Positions 10,105 to 19,984 of a stretch of DNA of 64,000 bases are shown here, in pieces. Below the pieces are notes generated by a model that worked only from the letters and a program-made list of their open reading frames with translations, searched no databases and had not been told where the DNA came from. This stretch comes from Treponemataceae bacterium (GTDB taxonomy: Bacteria; Spirochaetota; Spirochaetia; Treponematales; Rectinemataceae): contig CAXXGJ010000025.1 in NCBI GenBank assembly GCA_963677895.2, positions 192,001 to 256,000 of the forward strand, in the 5' to 3' direction. The position numbers and the translations under genes were made by a program. Each line of letters begins with the position of its first letter. Within the stretch, counting starts at the first letter, position 1.

Positions 10105-10869
10105 TTATTTCAGCTTCAGCAAAGTCTTGATGTTGTCGCAGAAAAGCTTCTGTTTCCTCTCGGCGCTGACGTCCATCGAGAGGAGGGGATCAAGATTCTC
10201 CTTGAATCGCCCGAGGCGTAGCGGGTTGGCATCAGTCCCGAAAAGGATTCTGTCGTCTTTCCGCATCCATTCGTAGGAAGCGGCAGCCAATTGCGGGAAA
10301 AGTCTGACATAATCGGAAAATGTGCCCGTCGTATCCATATAGACATTCTCATGTTTCGACACGATACAGAGATCGTCGCTCAGAGGATTAGCGTGCGCGA
10401 TGATGAATTTCGCCTCGGGATACCGGATGGCCAGATCGTCGATCGGCGCCGAGCTGCTGTAGGCTAACCGGGCTGTCCGCGAGTAGATCGGACCCGTATG
10501 GATCAAGATCGGCAAGTCCATATCGATGCATGTCTCGATCACTTCCCCAACCCGCGGATCTTCCATCGAAAAATTCTGTAGCGGCGGATGCAGTTTCAGC
10601 CCCCTCAGTCCGTACGTCTCGATTGCCTGACGCAGCTCCTTCGAAGCATTGGGCTCGGTTGGGACGACACAGGCGTACCCCATCAATCGGTCCGGATAAT
10701 CATGAACCAACTTCCCCACAAAGGCATTGTCCGAATATCCCAAGCTCTCCGAACCGGGAACAATGGGGTGAACGATCGCGATGTCGATGTTCAGCGCGTC
10801 CATCGCATTCAAAAAATCCTTGACGTTTCCGCGGCCTTCGCGAATATGGGTATGCGTATCGATAATCAT
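10105..10869 (-). CDS. Amidohydrolase_2-family TIM-barrel metallohydrolase
   Basis: IIDTHTH, GLKLHP, ILIHTG, IIAHA, ILFGTD. Confidence 0.92.
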   Translation of the reverse strand: MIIDTHTHIREGRGNVKDFLNAMDALNIDIAIVHPIVPGSESLGYSDNAFVGKLVHDYPDRLMGYACVVPTEPNASKELRQAIETYGLRGLKLHPPLQNFSMEDPRVGEVIETCIDMDLPILIHTGPIYSRTARLAYSSSAPIDDLAIRYPEAKFIIAHANPLSDDLCIVSKHENVYMDTTGTFSDYVRLFPQLAAASYEWMRKDDRILFGTDANPLRLGRFKENLDPLLSMDVSAERKQKLFCDNIKTLLKLK

Positions 10870-10899
10870 TGTATACTCCTTTCTCCTTAGAAATCGAAA

Positions 10900-12360
10900 C
10901 TATTTGGTCGTGTTTACGTGGTGCGCGCGCGCTTCTTCCATCAGTTGAATGAGATAGTACAGAAATGCGCTGCAGGACTTCTCGTTTTCTACCATCCCCT
11001 TGATCGTCATCCATTCGTCCGGCGCGTGGATTCGTCCGGACTGCCCTAAGCCGTAGGAAGCAAAAGGCAGATTGATCGGCGGGTTGGTGAATAGATAGGC
11101 CGGCCCGGTTCCGGGAAATATCGGCCAAGGCGAACCGTCCGGGTACCCGGAATGGTCCATAGCAGCTATAGCGGCGCGAGCTGGCACACTTTCCGGATCC
11201 ATCTTCGACCATGGTGTTTTCTGCCGGATAGTCATCTGAATGTCTTCGAATCCATGTTCATCCAGATGCTTTCTGATGCACTTCGCGACATGAGCCGCGG
11301 TCATGGGCGGGACCAGCCGCACATCGATCTTGCAGTTCGCCTTATAAGGGAGAATCGTCTTCGTCGCGGGTCCAGTGTAGCCGGCCCATATGCCATCGAT
11401 GTTCAGCGTGGGTTGCCACAGCAGTTGTCTGAGCGCATTCCCTCCAGTGAGCCTATGAATGAACTTTTTTGCAAAAAGTCTTTTGTTCAAGTACATCGGT
11501 TCATCGAAGACATCGATCATGCGCTGGGTCAGCTTTTCATCGCCCTTTCCTAAGGGCCGTAGTTCGTCAAAAAAATTATCTATGAGAATATTGTCTTCTT
11601 TGTCCTTCATCGTCGCGAGCGCGTTGACGAGCCGCCAGACTGGGCTGGACACCCAGGCCGCGTTCATTCCGTGGAGATCGACTTCAGTGGGGCCGCCCCA
11701 GGCGCCACCGCTCGCCTCCAGTTCGAAGAACAAAATACCTTTGTTGCCATTGATCGTGAACGGCCGGCCCTGCTCGTCCTGGCGGGTGCCGTTCAAAAAG
11801 ACCGTATCAAATTGGGAAAGTTCGGCCGCATGCTTTTGCACGTACTGCGCCAGGCTTTCGCTCCCCAGTTCCTCCTCACCCTCGACAATAAACCGGATGG
11901 AGACCGGATCATAACCCAGCACTCGCCGGATAGAGTCCACCGCATTGATGAAGCAGATCAGCGGGCCTTTCGAATTCGCGACGCCTCGGGCCACCATGCA
12001 TTCGCCGTAGGGAGCTAGGTCCTTGATGACTCCTTCGAAGGGGGGGACGGTCCACGCTTCGATCGGGTCGGGCGGCTGTACGTCGTACATCCCGTACATC
12101 AACACCTTGGGCGCGTCTGGCAGAGGCGAGATCAGGTCGCCGATGACGACGGGGCTGTGGACGAACCTTTCCAGATGGATATTGACGCATCCGAGCCGTC
12201 CCAAAATGTCCATGACTTTGGTCGCGCACTCTTCGATGCCTTCGCCCGTGCCCGCGATGCTCGGCTGCCGTACAAGCTCTTTGACGAGAGGCAGGTGGGT
12301 CTCACGAAAATTTTTGTCGATGTGGCGGTAGGTCTCTTGGAGCCAATTTTCCGATTCCAT
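10900..12360 (-). CDS. M20-family metallohydrolase, paralog 1
   Basis: VRQPSIAG, YGMYDVQP, ARGVANSKGP, EGEEELGS, IDVRLVP, IHAPDE. Confidence 0.92.
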   Translation of the reverse strand: MESENWLQETYRHIDKNFRETHLPLVKELVRQPSIAGTGEGIEECATKVMDILGRLGCVNIHLERFVHSPVVIGDLISPLPDAPKVLMYGMYDVQPPDPIEAWTVPPFEGVIKDLAPYGECMVARGVANSKGPLICFINAVDSIRRVLGYDPVSIRFIVEGEEELGSESLAQYVQKHAAELSQFDTVFLNGTRQDEQGRPFTINGNKGILFFELEASGGAWGGPTEVDLHGMNAAWVSSPVWRLVNALATMKDKEDNILIDNFFDELRPLGKGDEKLTQRMIDVFDEPMYLNKRLFAKKFIHRLTGGNALRQLLWQPTLNIDGIWAGYTGPATKTILPYKANCKIDVRLVPPMTAAHVAKCIRKHLDEHGFEDIQMTIRQKTPWSKMDPESVPARAAIAAMDHSGYPDGSPWPIFPGTGPAYLFTNPPINLPFASYGLGQSGRIHAPDEWMTIKGMVENEKSCSAFLYYLIQLMEEARAHHVNTTK

Positions 12361-12387
12361 AGTGATATATCCTCCTGCAGGTGATAT

Positions 12388-14385
12388 TTATTGTTTCAAG
12401 TGGGAATTGAACCAGTCCGTGATGAGCTTCAACCGATTGATGCGATTCCGGGGTTTCCCGGCCCGGCTCAACTCATGTCCCTCATTTTTGAAAATACAAA
12501 GCCGCGATTCGATGCCATGATATTTCAACGCGTAGAACATCTGAATGCCTTCTGAAACCGGGCAACGGTAGTCATTCTCCGAATGAAGAAAGAGCGTCGG
12601 AGTCTTGCAACAATCCGCGTATTTGAGGGGAGAATGCTCCCAGTAACGGTCTATATCCATCCATAGATCGGTGTCGAATTGCCAGAGCGGGAACTGGTAG
12701 CTGGTGTCCGATGTGCCGAACATAGAAATAAAACTGGCGATTCCTCTTTGCGAGACGGCGCACTTGAAGCGATCCGTATGGCCGATGATCCAGTTGGTTA
12801 TGTACCCGCCGTAACTTCCTCCGCCGACACCCAGTCGATGGGAGTCAAGTCCAGGGTACTTTTCCAAACAGACATCCGTGAATTTCATGATGTCCGAATA
12901 ATCATCGACCCCATATTTCCCAATGATGTTCGCGAAGACGTTATCTCGGCCGTCGCTGCCTCGAGGATTACAGTAGAAAACGTAGTAGCCTTGGTTCGCC
13001 CACACTTGCATCTCGTGGTAAAACACCGAACCGAAGGTGAGCTTATGGCCCCCATGGATATAAAGGATTCCTGGATAGGATTCGCCCGGCCGCCAATCGA
13101 CAGGCTTGATGAGGAAACCCTGCAAGCGTATTCCGTCGTTGGAAAAATCGACGAACTCGTGCCGGCTCAGGGTAATCTCGGATTGCACCCAATCGTTGAA
13201 ATCGGTCAACTTTTTTTCGACACCATCCTTTAGCGAATATAATTCCGGCAGTCTGTCGTGCTGCATCCCGACGAAAATAATTTCATTCCCGCACAACGCG
13301 ATGGAGTCGATCGACCCGCCTTCCCCGGTAAGCGTTTCAAAGCGTCCTTTCGCGTCTACACGTTTAAGATATGCATCGCCGCCTTCCGTGCCAACGTAGT
13401 ATACGAAATCCTGATCGGCGGCGACCGTATCCCCGCTTCCATACCTCGAATCGGTCCCGACAGAGTTCGACGCGCTCAATTCATTCCTGGCGAAGAGAAT
13501 TACTTTGGAAGTTATCTCATCAATCCAGTAAAAATACGAATTCTCCTGATAGCCATAGCGCAGCCCGTCCGATCCCAAGAAGAAAGGTTTCGTCCCCTGG
13601 AAGCCGCAGGAATGAACCCGATAGCGCATATCGTCAACGTACTCCCGGTTAAGACCAGTATCCGCATCGTATATCGCTATGTTGCTGAGGAAGATATATG
13701 GCTTATCTTTCGTGAATCGCTTTGCGCTGTAGATGATCCGGGAGCCTTCGGCTCTTACGAATTCGACCTGCTGCTCCGGACCTGAAACCGGCCAAAGCTT
13801 CTGCGTCGTCCGGTCGAATACATAGAGCCTGCTCCGTCGACCGCTCGTGATGCCTCGCCCATCTTTTCTAAATGGCATCTCGTCAGCCACAATATAACTG
13901 ACGTCCCGCTCTGCCCTTGCTTTTAAAGCCTTTTCCCGTTCTTCACCATCGTGATCCATAGGATCATCTTCATAGAGGTTAAAATCAGCCAGAAGCGCGA
14001 ACCGGTCACAGCCAAGCGGGCGTAGCCACGTAACGATCCGGGGAATTCGCATGTATTCCTGAGCTTCCCCGCCCGCAAACGACAGAGCATAGAAAACACT
14101 CCAGGACTCTCCCGCCTCGATCTTTTTTGCCAGTTCCTCATTTCGCATGGTCTGGAAAAGGAGAGTAGTATTGTCCAGCCAGAGGACGTTTTTCTCCGCG
14201 CCACCGGTTGTATAGCGGCTCGTGCGGCGTGTTTGCCTGTCGAACACATAAACAGACGAGTCGTAGCAGTTTTTCTTCTCGTTGCACTGGCTTACGATAA
14301 AAGCGCACTTTTTCTTGTCCGGAGACGCCACGAGGGCGGACAGATATTTGTAGTTAAGAAGATCTTCAATGGTAAGTCGCCTCAT
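12388..14385 (-). CDS. S9-family (acylaminoacyl/prolyl oligopeptidase-like) serine peptidase
   Basis: N-terminal propeller region; YIHGG, NPRGSDG, GGSYGG (Ser), ENDYRC (Asp), EGHELSR (His). Confidence 0.93.
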   Translation of the reverse strand: MRRLTIEDLLNYKYLSALVASPDKKKCAFIVSQCNEKKNCYDSSVYVFDRQTRRTSRYTTGGAEKNVLWLDNTTLLFQTMRNEELAKKIEAGESWSVFYALSFAGGEAQEYMRIPRIVTWLRPLGCDRFALLADFNLYEDDPMDHDGEEREKALKARAERDVSYIVADEMPFRKDGRGITSGRRSRLYVFDRTTQKLWPVSGPEQQVEFVRAEGSRIIYSAKRFTKDKPYIFLSNIAIYDADTGLNREYVDDMRYRVHSCGFQGTKPFFLGSDGLRYGYQENSYFYWIDEITSKVILFARNELSASNSVGTDSRYGSGDTVAADQDFVYYVGTEGGDAYLKRVDAKGRFETLTGEGGSIDSIALCGNEIIFVGMQHDRLPELYSLKDGVEKKLTDFNDWVQSEITLSRHEFVDFSNDGIRLQGFLIKPVDWRPGESYPGILYIHGGHKLTFGSVFYHEMQVWANQGYYVFYCNPRGSDGRDNVFANIIGKYGVDDYSDIMKFTDVCLEKYPGLDSHRLGVGGGSYGGYITNWIIGHTDRFKCAVSQRGIASFISMFGTSDTSYQFPLWQFDTDLWMDIDRYWEHSPLKYADCCKTPTLFLHSENDYRCPVSEGIQMFYALKYHGIESRLCIFKNEGHELSRAGKPRNRINRLKLITDWFNSHLKQ

Positions 14386-15425
14386 ATCGTTACGCTTTCC
14401 TTGAGGTCAAAGCTTTTAGCCCGTCCTGGGTCACACAAATGACAGGCCGCGAAATGTCCCGGCCCCAGCTCTCTCAGCTGTGGCTCCTGAGTAAAACAAA
14501 GTGGATTGGAATAGACACATCGCGTATTGAATCGGCAACCGGCCGGCGGATTCCGGGGGCTTGGCAGATCGCCTTTTAATATAATCCTTTCCCTCTTGAT
14601 CGAAGGATCTGGGATTGGAATCGCGGAAAGAAGGGCCTGAGTATAGGGATGGCAGGGTGAAGTGAATAGATCCTCAGAAGCGGCCATTTCGACGACCTTT
14701 CCCAGATACATGACACAGACGCGATCCGATACGTAGCGGATGACATTCAGGGCGTGGGAAATAAATACATAGGTCAGCCCGAAACGATCCTGGAGATGCT
14801 TCAATAAGTTGAGTATCTGCGACTGGATGGATACATCCAGCGCCGAAACGGGCTCATCACAGAAGATTAGCTTAGGCCGCACTATGATGGAGCGCGCGAT
14901 GCTAATTCTCTGCCGCTGTCCTCCCGAGAACTCGTGGGGATAACGTTCATAGTACGAAGACTCCAGGCCCACGACTTCCAAGGTTTCAAGGACTTTTTGC
15001 TTCCGTTCGGCCGCCTCCTTCATCCCATGCACCAATAGCGGCTCTCCGACAATCTCTCCGATCGACATTCGAGGATCCAGCGAAGAATATGGATCCTGAA
15101 ATATGATCTGCATCTGGCTGCGCGACTTGCGCAAGTCCTCCTCCGTCAAGCCAAAGAGATCGACGCCATCGTAGATGGCGCTGCCGCTCGTCGCGTGCAC
15201 AATTTGCATTATTGTCTGCGCTAGCGTGCTTTTTCCGCATCCGGATTCGCCCACTAAACCTAAGGTCTCCCCCTCGTAGACATTGAATGAAACCCCATCC
15301 ACCGCGTGGATGGAACCTTGCTGCTTCGAGAAAAGCCCGCCGTAAACGGGGAAATACGTCTTGAGGTCACGAACTTGCAGCAGCAGCCTAGCGGTAGCCG
15401 GACGGACAGCGCTCGGGAGTGTCAT
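14382..15425 (-). CDS. Oligopeptide ABC transporter ATPase (OppF/DppF-like)
   Basis: GESGCGKST, YPHEFSGGQRQR, CDEPVSALD, PSPRNPPAGCRFNTRC. Confidence 0.95.
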   Translation of the reverse strand: MTLPSAVRPATARLLLQVRDLKTYFPVYGGLFSKQQGSIHAVDGVSFNVYEGETLGLVGESGCGKSTLAQTIMQIVHATSGSAIYDGVDLFGLTEEDLRKSRSQMQIIFQDPYSSLDPRMSIGEIVGEPLLVHGMKEAAERKQKVLETLEVVGLESSYYERYPHEFSGGQRQRISIARSIIVRPKLIFCDEPVSALDVSIQSQILNLLKHLQDRFGLTYVFISHALNVIRYVSDRVCVMYLGKVVEMAASEDLFTSPCHPYTQALLSAIPIPDPSIKRERIILKGDLPSPRNPPAGCRFNTRCVYSNPLCFTQEPQLRELGPGHFAACHLCDPGRAKSFDLKESVTI

Positions 15426-16414
15426 ACGTTGTTGCCTTTCCCTGAACTCGCATTTGAGACTAAATGGCAGGCCACTTTATGCGTTCCCAAGGTTACCAGA
15501 TCCGGAATCCTCACCCTGCAAATATCCATGCACTGAGGGCAGCGAGGGTGAAAGCGACAGCCCTTCGGAAAATCGGCCGGATTGGGAACCTGGCCGCGGA
15601 TCACCGCCAACTCCGGTTTCCGCTTATCCACACGGGGGATACACTCCAAAAGGCCGCGCGTGTATGGGTGCAGGGGGTTAGTATATATATCCTTTGGCAA
15701 ACCTTCCTCGACGATTTTGCCCGAGTACATAACGAGGATCCGCTGGGCGATTTCAGCGACAACGCCCAGATCGTGCGTGATAAAAAGAACGGTCATACCG
15801 CGCTCTTTTTTTAGCGTGGAGATCAGGTCGAGTATTTGGGCTTGGATAGTGACGTCCAGGGCTGTTGTGGGCTCATCCGCGATCAGCAATTTCGGATTGC
15901 AGGAAATCGCCATGGCGATCATGACCCTCTGGCGCATGCCCCCGGAAAACTGATGGGGATACGCGTTGGCGCAGCGTTCCGGATCCGGGACCCCCACCAT
16001 TTTCAGCGATTCAATAGCTCGTTTACGGGCCTCGGACTTGCTCAGGCCCTCATGCGTCGAGAACACTTCTCCTATCTGCTCCCCGATCCGGTGCACGGGA
16101 TTCAGCGCTGTCATAGGCTCCTGGAAAATCATCGAGATATCCTTGCCTCGGATTTGCCCTATGTCATGGGCGCTTTTAGCCAAAAGGTCCTCTCCCCCAA
16201 ACCAGATTTCCCCCTCGACATATTTCCCCGGCGGGGAGGCTACCAACCGCATGATCGAAAGAGACGTGACGCTTTTTCCACAACCCGACTCGCCGACAAT
16301 GCACAGCGTTTCGCCCTTAAAAACATCGAAGCTCACGCCATCCACCGCAGTGATGACTTTATCCGAGAGATAGAAGGCTGTTTTCAGGCCCTTGACTTCC
16401 AGTAGTTTTTCCAT
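15422..16414 (-). CDS. Oligopeptide ABC transporter ATPase (OppD/DppD-like)
   Basis: GESGCGKSVT, YPHQFSGGMRQR, ADEPTTALD, GCRFHPRC; start placed at MEKLLEV. Confidence 0.95.
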   Translation of the reverse strand: MEKLLEVKGLKTAFYLSDKVITAVDGVSFDVFKGETLCIVGESGCGKSVTSLSIMRLVASPPGKYVEGEIWFGGEDLLAKSAHDIGQIRGKDISMIFQEPMTALNPVHRIGEQIGEVFSTHEGLSKSEARKRAIESLKMVGVPDPERCANAYPHQFSGGMRQRVMIAMAISCNPKLLIADEPTTALDVTIQAQILDLISTLKKERGMTVLFITHDLGVVAEIAQRILVMYSGKIVEEGLPKDIYTNPLHPYTRGLLECIPRVDKRKPELAVIRGQVPNPADFPKGCRFHPRCPQCMDICRVRIPDLVTLGTHKVACHLVSNASSGKGNNV

Positions 16415-16445
16415 GCGTCCCAGTCCCTTGTCGAAAAGCTGACGA

Positions 16446-16477
16446 CTCGCCACCGCCGCCGACGCGGCGGCAGCGAG
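16446..16477 (-). terminator. GC-rich stem-loop after the substrate-binding gene (attenuator or mRNA stabiliser)
   Basis: CTCGC-ca-CCGCCGC-cgac-GCGGCGG-ca-GCGAG; no adjacent U-tract. Confidence 0.55.
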
Positions 16478-16493
16478 GAGACGACTTCCCAGC

Positions 16494-18068
16494 CTATCTA
16501 ACCGCTTTGACTTTCATTTCAGCAGCCAGGATGTACTGGGTCTGCGCTGTCGACCAGTCGAGCCGCGCCGTAGTCGCATAAATCGAACCTAGCTGGAACA
16601 GATAGATAAACGGCGGGTCTTCGACCAGCTTCTTCTGCAATTCCTTGAGTAGTGGAGCCTTATCCGCCAGCTTTATGGTGGCAACTATTTTGTCGACGAG
16701 CCCGTCGTACCCCGGAATAAGGTTGTACGAACTCATACCGTTGGACCGAACGATACCGGTAAGCCATGTGTCGAGCAGCATCGGTTTTGAAGCCCAGTTC
16801 CAATCGAAGATACCGGAAATCTGCTTTTTGTTTTGACCGTTGATGACCATGCTTCGCGCGGCGCTGTCTTCGAGCGTCCTGACCGTGCAATCGATACCGA
16901 CGGCCTTCAGATAGGAAGCGACCGCCTGTGAAACCTCGATAGCCTTAGCGTGATTGCCATCGTTCGTCTGAAGCTCGATTTTGAAGCCATTTTTCAACCC
17001 AGCTTCCTCAAGCAAGGCCTTCGCCTTCGCGGGATTATATGGCAGCATTTTGATGGTCGCATCATAGGATGGAAAGTCAGTCCGGTACCAAGAAGCCAAA
17101 ACCTTGCCGTTGCCACCCATAACCTTGTCGAGGATAGTCTGTCGATCGACCGCGTAATTCATAGCCTGCCTGACCCTTACATCCTTCAGCTGCGAGTTTG
17201 GCGACCAATCCACCGTGTTGAACGCGATGTATTCGACACGCCTTGTCATCTTGCTTTCGATATTGATGTTGCCCTGAGCTTTGAGCATATTGGTAAACTC
17301 GCTATTGACATCGTAGATAATATCCACGTTGCCATTGACCAGCTCAGCAACGCGCGTGGCGGCCTCGGGGATCGCTTTGATTATATAGATGTCGACAAAG
17401 GGCTTCCCCCCCCAATAGTTCGGATTCCTTTCCAAGGTGATCTGCTGATCGTGTTTCCAGGACTTAAATACGTAAGGCCCGGTGCCTACGTAGCCTCCGG
17501 CCCCGATCGCTTGCTCGCCGACTTTTTTGGCGTTACCCGGCGCGATGATCGGCAGATCGCACAAATGATTCGGCATCATCGGATTTTCTGATGTAGTCGT
17601 GATTCGAATAGTATAGTCGTCGATGGCTTCCCAGGATCCAGCTCTATAGTAGGTTTTGAAAGCATACCCTTGCCTAGGGAACTCGGTCGACATAGCCCGG
17701 TCCAGGTTGAAACCTACCGCTTCGGCATTGAACGGCTCGCCATTCGAAAACTTGATCCCGCGATGGAGATAGAAGATCCATTCGTTATCTGATTTTTGCT
17801 CCCATTTATCTGCCAGATACGGGATCAGCTTGTCGTTGGCATCGTACGTAGTCAGCGTCTCGGCGATATTTCTGAAGACGTTCGCGCCATAATCCGCAGA
17901 CGCCCGATGAGGGTCCAGTGTCGCGGGATCGACCGGCTGAGCCAGAACAACTGTTACCGGCTTAGGTGCCGCAGCCAATTTCTGTGGCATCCCCACAGCC
18001 AGGATAGTTACGGCGTACATGGTTATCGCAATCGCAGGCGATAACATTTTCCATGTCTTGCTTTTCAT
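16494..18068 (-). CDS. ABC transporter substrate-binding protein, family 5 (DppA/OppA-like)
   Basis: Signal peptide; DPATLDP, GIKFSNGEPFNAEAV, GTGPYVF, RVRQAMNYAVDR. Confidence 0.95.
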   Translation of the reverse strand: MKSKTWKMLSPAIAITMYAVTILAVGMPQKLAAAPKPVTVVLAQPVDPATLDPHRASADYGANVFRNIAETLTTYDANDKLIPYLADKWEQKSDNEWIFYLHRGIKFSNGEPFNAEAVGFNLDRAMSTEFPRQGYAFKTYYRAGSWEAIDDYTIRITTTSENPMMPNHLCDLPIIAPGNAKKVGEQAIGAGGYVGTGPYVFKSWKHDQQITLERNPNYWGGKPFVDIYIIKAIPEAATRVAELVNGNVDIIYDVNSEFTNMLKAQGNINIESKMTRRVEYIAFNTVDWSPNSQLKDVRVRQAMNYAVDRQTILDKVMGGNGKVLASWYRTDFPSYDATIKMLPYNPAKAKALLEEAGLKNGFKIELQTNDGNHAKAIEVSQAVASYLKAVGIDCTVRTLEDSAARSMVINGQNKKQISGIFDWNWASKPMLLDTWLTGIVRSNGMSSYNLIPGYDGLVDKIVATIKLADKAPLLKELQKKLVEDPPFIYLFQLGSIYATTARLDWSTAQTQYILAAEMKVKAVR

Positions 18069-18117
18069 TGCTCACCTCCTCTTTACATAAGCGTTTACAA
18101 CGCTAACCAGCCATTAA

Positions 18118-18997
18118 TCATATAGAGCCGTTACTTTGTCTGACGGCCCCCCGCAGTCTTGGATCGCGTATATCTCTCAGCCAGTCTCCGACAAAATTGA
18201 TGGATAGGCAGACGAAAAAAATCGCCAAGCCAGGAATCGTCGTCAGCCACCATGATGTAAAAATGTACTGTCGGCCCGTGGCGATCATATTGCCCCACGT
18301 CGGAATGGAAGGGGGAACGCCGAGGCCGAGGAAGGTCAAGGACGCTTCTGCCAGAATGGACGTGCCCATTTCCATAGTGGCAAGAATAATGGCCGAATCG
18401 ATGACGTTCGGCATGATGTGTTTGAGAACCACCCGCAGCTTGGTACAGCCGATGGTGTGCGAAGACTTGACGAATTCCCGCTCCTTTATGGAAAGGACCT
18501 GGGCGTGGATCATTCGGGTATAGGGAACCCAGCCCGTGATACCGAGCACGATGATTACGTTCATGAGGCTCGAGCCGAGGACGGCCATGAGGGTCAAGGC
18601 CAGAAAAAATAAACGGAAAGGACAACATCACGTCTACCATCCGCATGATGACAGTCTCTATCCATCCCCCAACGAAACCCGCCAATAATCCCAGGACGGT
18701 ACCGATAACCGATCCCACGAGGACTGCCGTAAAGCCAACAACGATTGAGACCCTCGCGCCATGCAGCAAACGGCTCAGCACATCCCGGCCCATTTCATCG
18801 GTGCCAAAAACATGCTTCAGAGAACCCCCGTTTTCCCATGAGGGAGGGATAAGCCTCTGAAGGATGTCCACTTGATCCGGTTTGCAGGGAGCGAGCAAAG
18901 GTGCGAAAAGTGCGCAGATGATCCAGAGAATGATGACGACAACACCGAACTTGGCAGTCCTCGTGCTGTTCCTGAACAACTCCGCGAATCTCTTCAC
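18118..18997 (-). pseudogene. OppC/DppC-like permease with a 1-nt frameshift (true lesion or sequencing error)
   Basis: N-half HVFGTDEMGRDVLSRLLHGARVS in one frame, C-half KHIMPN..EASLTFLGLG..WGNMI in another; extra T in a T6 run (+ strand A6, 18604-18609). Confidence 0.88.
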
Positions 18998-19008
18998 TGT
19001 TTCTCCTT

Positions 19009-19926
19009 CTAGTTATATCGAATCCTTGGATCGATGAGTATGTAGCATATGTCCGCCAGCAAATTGACCACCACAAACAGCAGGGCCATGCACAGGGCGC
19101 AAGCCTGTACGAGAGGAAAATCGTAATTCAGGATCGCGCTGACCATCAGACGACCGACGCCCGGCCAGGCGAAGACAGATTCAGTCACGACCGAGCCGCT
19201 AAGCATTTGCCCAATCTGGAGGGCTATCATGGTCACCACTGACAACAGCGCGTTCCGGAGCCCGTGGTGAATAATCACCCGGTTCTCCACCACACCCTTT
19301 GCCCGCGCAGTGGTCATGTAATCCTGTCTCATCACCTCAAGCATGGACGAGCGAGTCAAACGCGCCGTACTGGCTGCCATGCCGGCCGCCAAGGTGATCG
19401 CCGGCATAATCAGTTGCCTGAATGTGCCATAGCCCGACGGAGGCAGCCACTTGAAGACGACCGAAAAAAGCAGAATAAAAATCAGACCCAACCAGAACGT
19501 CGGCAGCGACCGGCCCGCGATCGTCACCGTCGTCACCACGTTATCGAGCAATGTGTTTCTTTTAATAGCGGACAGAATCCCCGCCCCGATCGCCAGAGGC
19601 ACCGCGATCAGCATGGCGACGCCGCTTAAAAGCAGCGTCGCCGGGAAATGCTCTTTGATGATGTCGAAGACGGGACGCGAATAGTAGAACGATTCGCCGA
19701 AGTCACCCTTTAAAATGCCAGTAATGTATATCGAGTATTGCTTGAGCAAAGGCTGGTCCAACCCAAGGATAGCCCGCATTTTGCTGAGGTCGTCAAAAGT
19801 CGCTTCCGGACTGATCAGAAGCTTTGCCGGATCACCGATGGCGCGGAGAATCACGAAGACAAGCGTTACCACAATGAATAGAACGAGAATAGTTTGCAGC
19901 AACCTACTAATCAGATACCTGACCAT
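19009..19926 (-). CDS. OppB/DppB-like permease
   Basis: LGLDQPL, GDFGES, TRSSMLEVMRQDYMTTARAKG, ESVFAWPGVG, DPRIR. Confidence 0.95.
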   Translation of the reverse strand: MVRYLISRLLQTILVLFIVVTLVFVILRAIGDPAKLLISPEATFDDLSKMRAILGLDQPLLKQYSIYITGILKGDFGESFYYSRPVFDIIKEHFPATLLLSGVAMLIAVPLAIGAGILSAIKRNTLLDNVVTTVTIAGRSLPTFWLGLIFILLFSVVFKWLPPSGYGTFRQLIMPAITLAAGMAASTARLTRSSMLEVMRQDYMTTARAKGVVENRVIIHHGLRNALLSVVTMIALQIGQMLSGSVVTESVFAWPGVGRLMVSAILNYDFPLVQACALCMALLFVVVNLLADICYILIDPRIRYN

Positions 19927-19984
19927 GCTCGACTAGCCCTTTCCTCAAGATTTAGACAGAATTGAAATTCCCTTCAGCCGGTCC

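Noticed and set aside
8752..10221. Long antisense ORFs (also 24553-26040, 39513-40607, 57947-59050, 61338-62648)
   Set aside because: These are shadow frames opposite well-supported GC-rich genes, with no motifs or ribosome-binding sites
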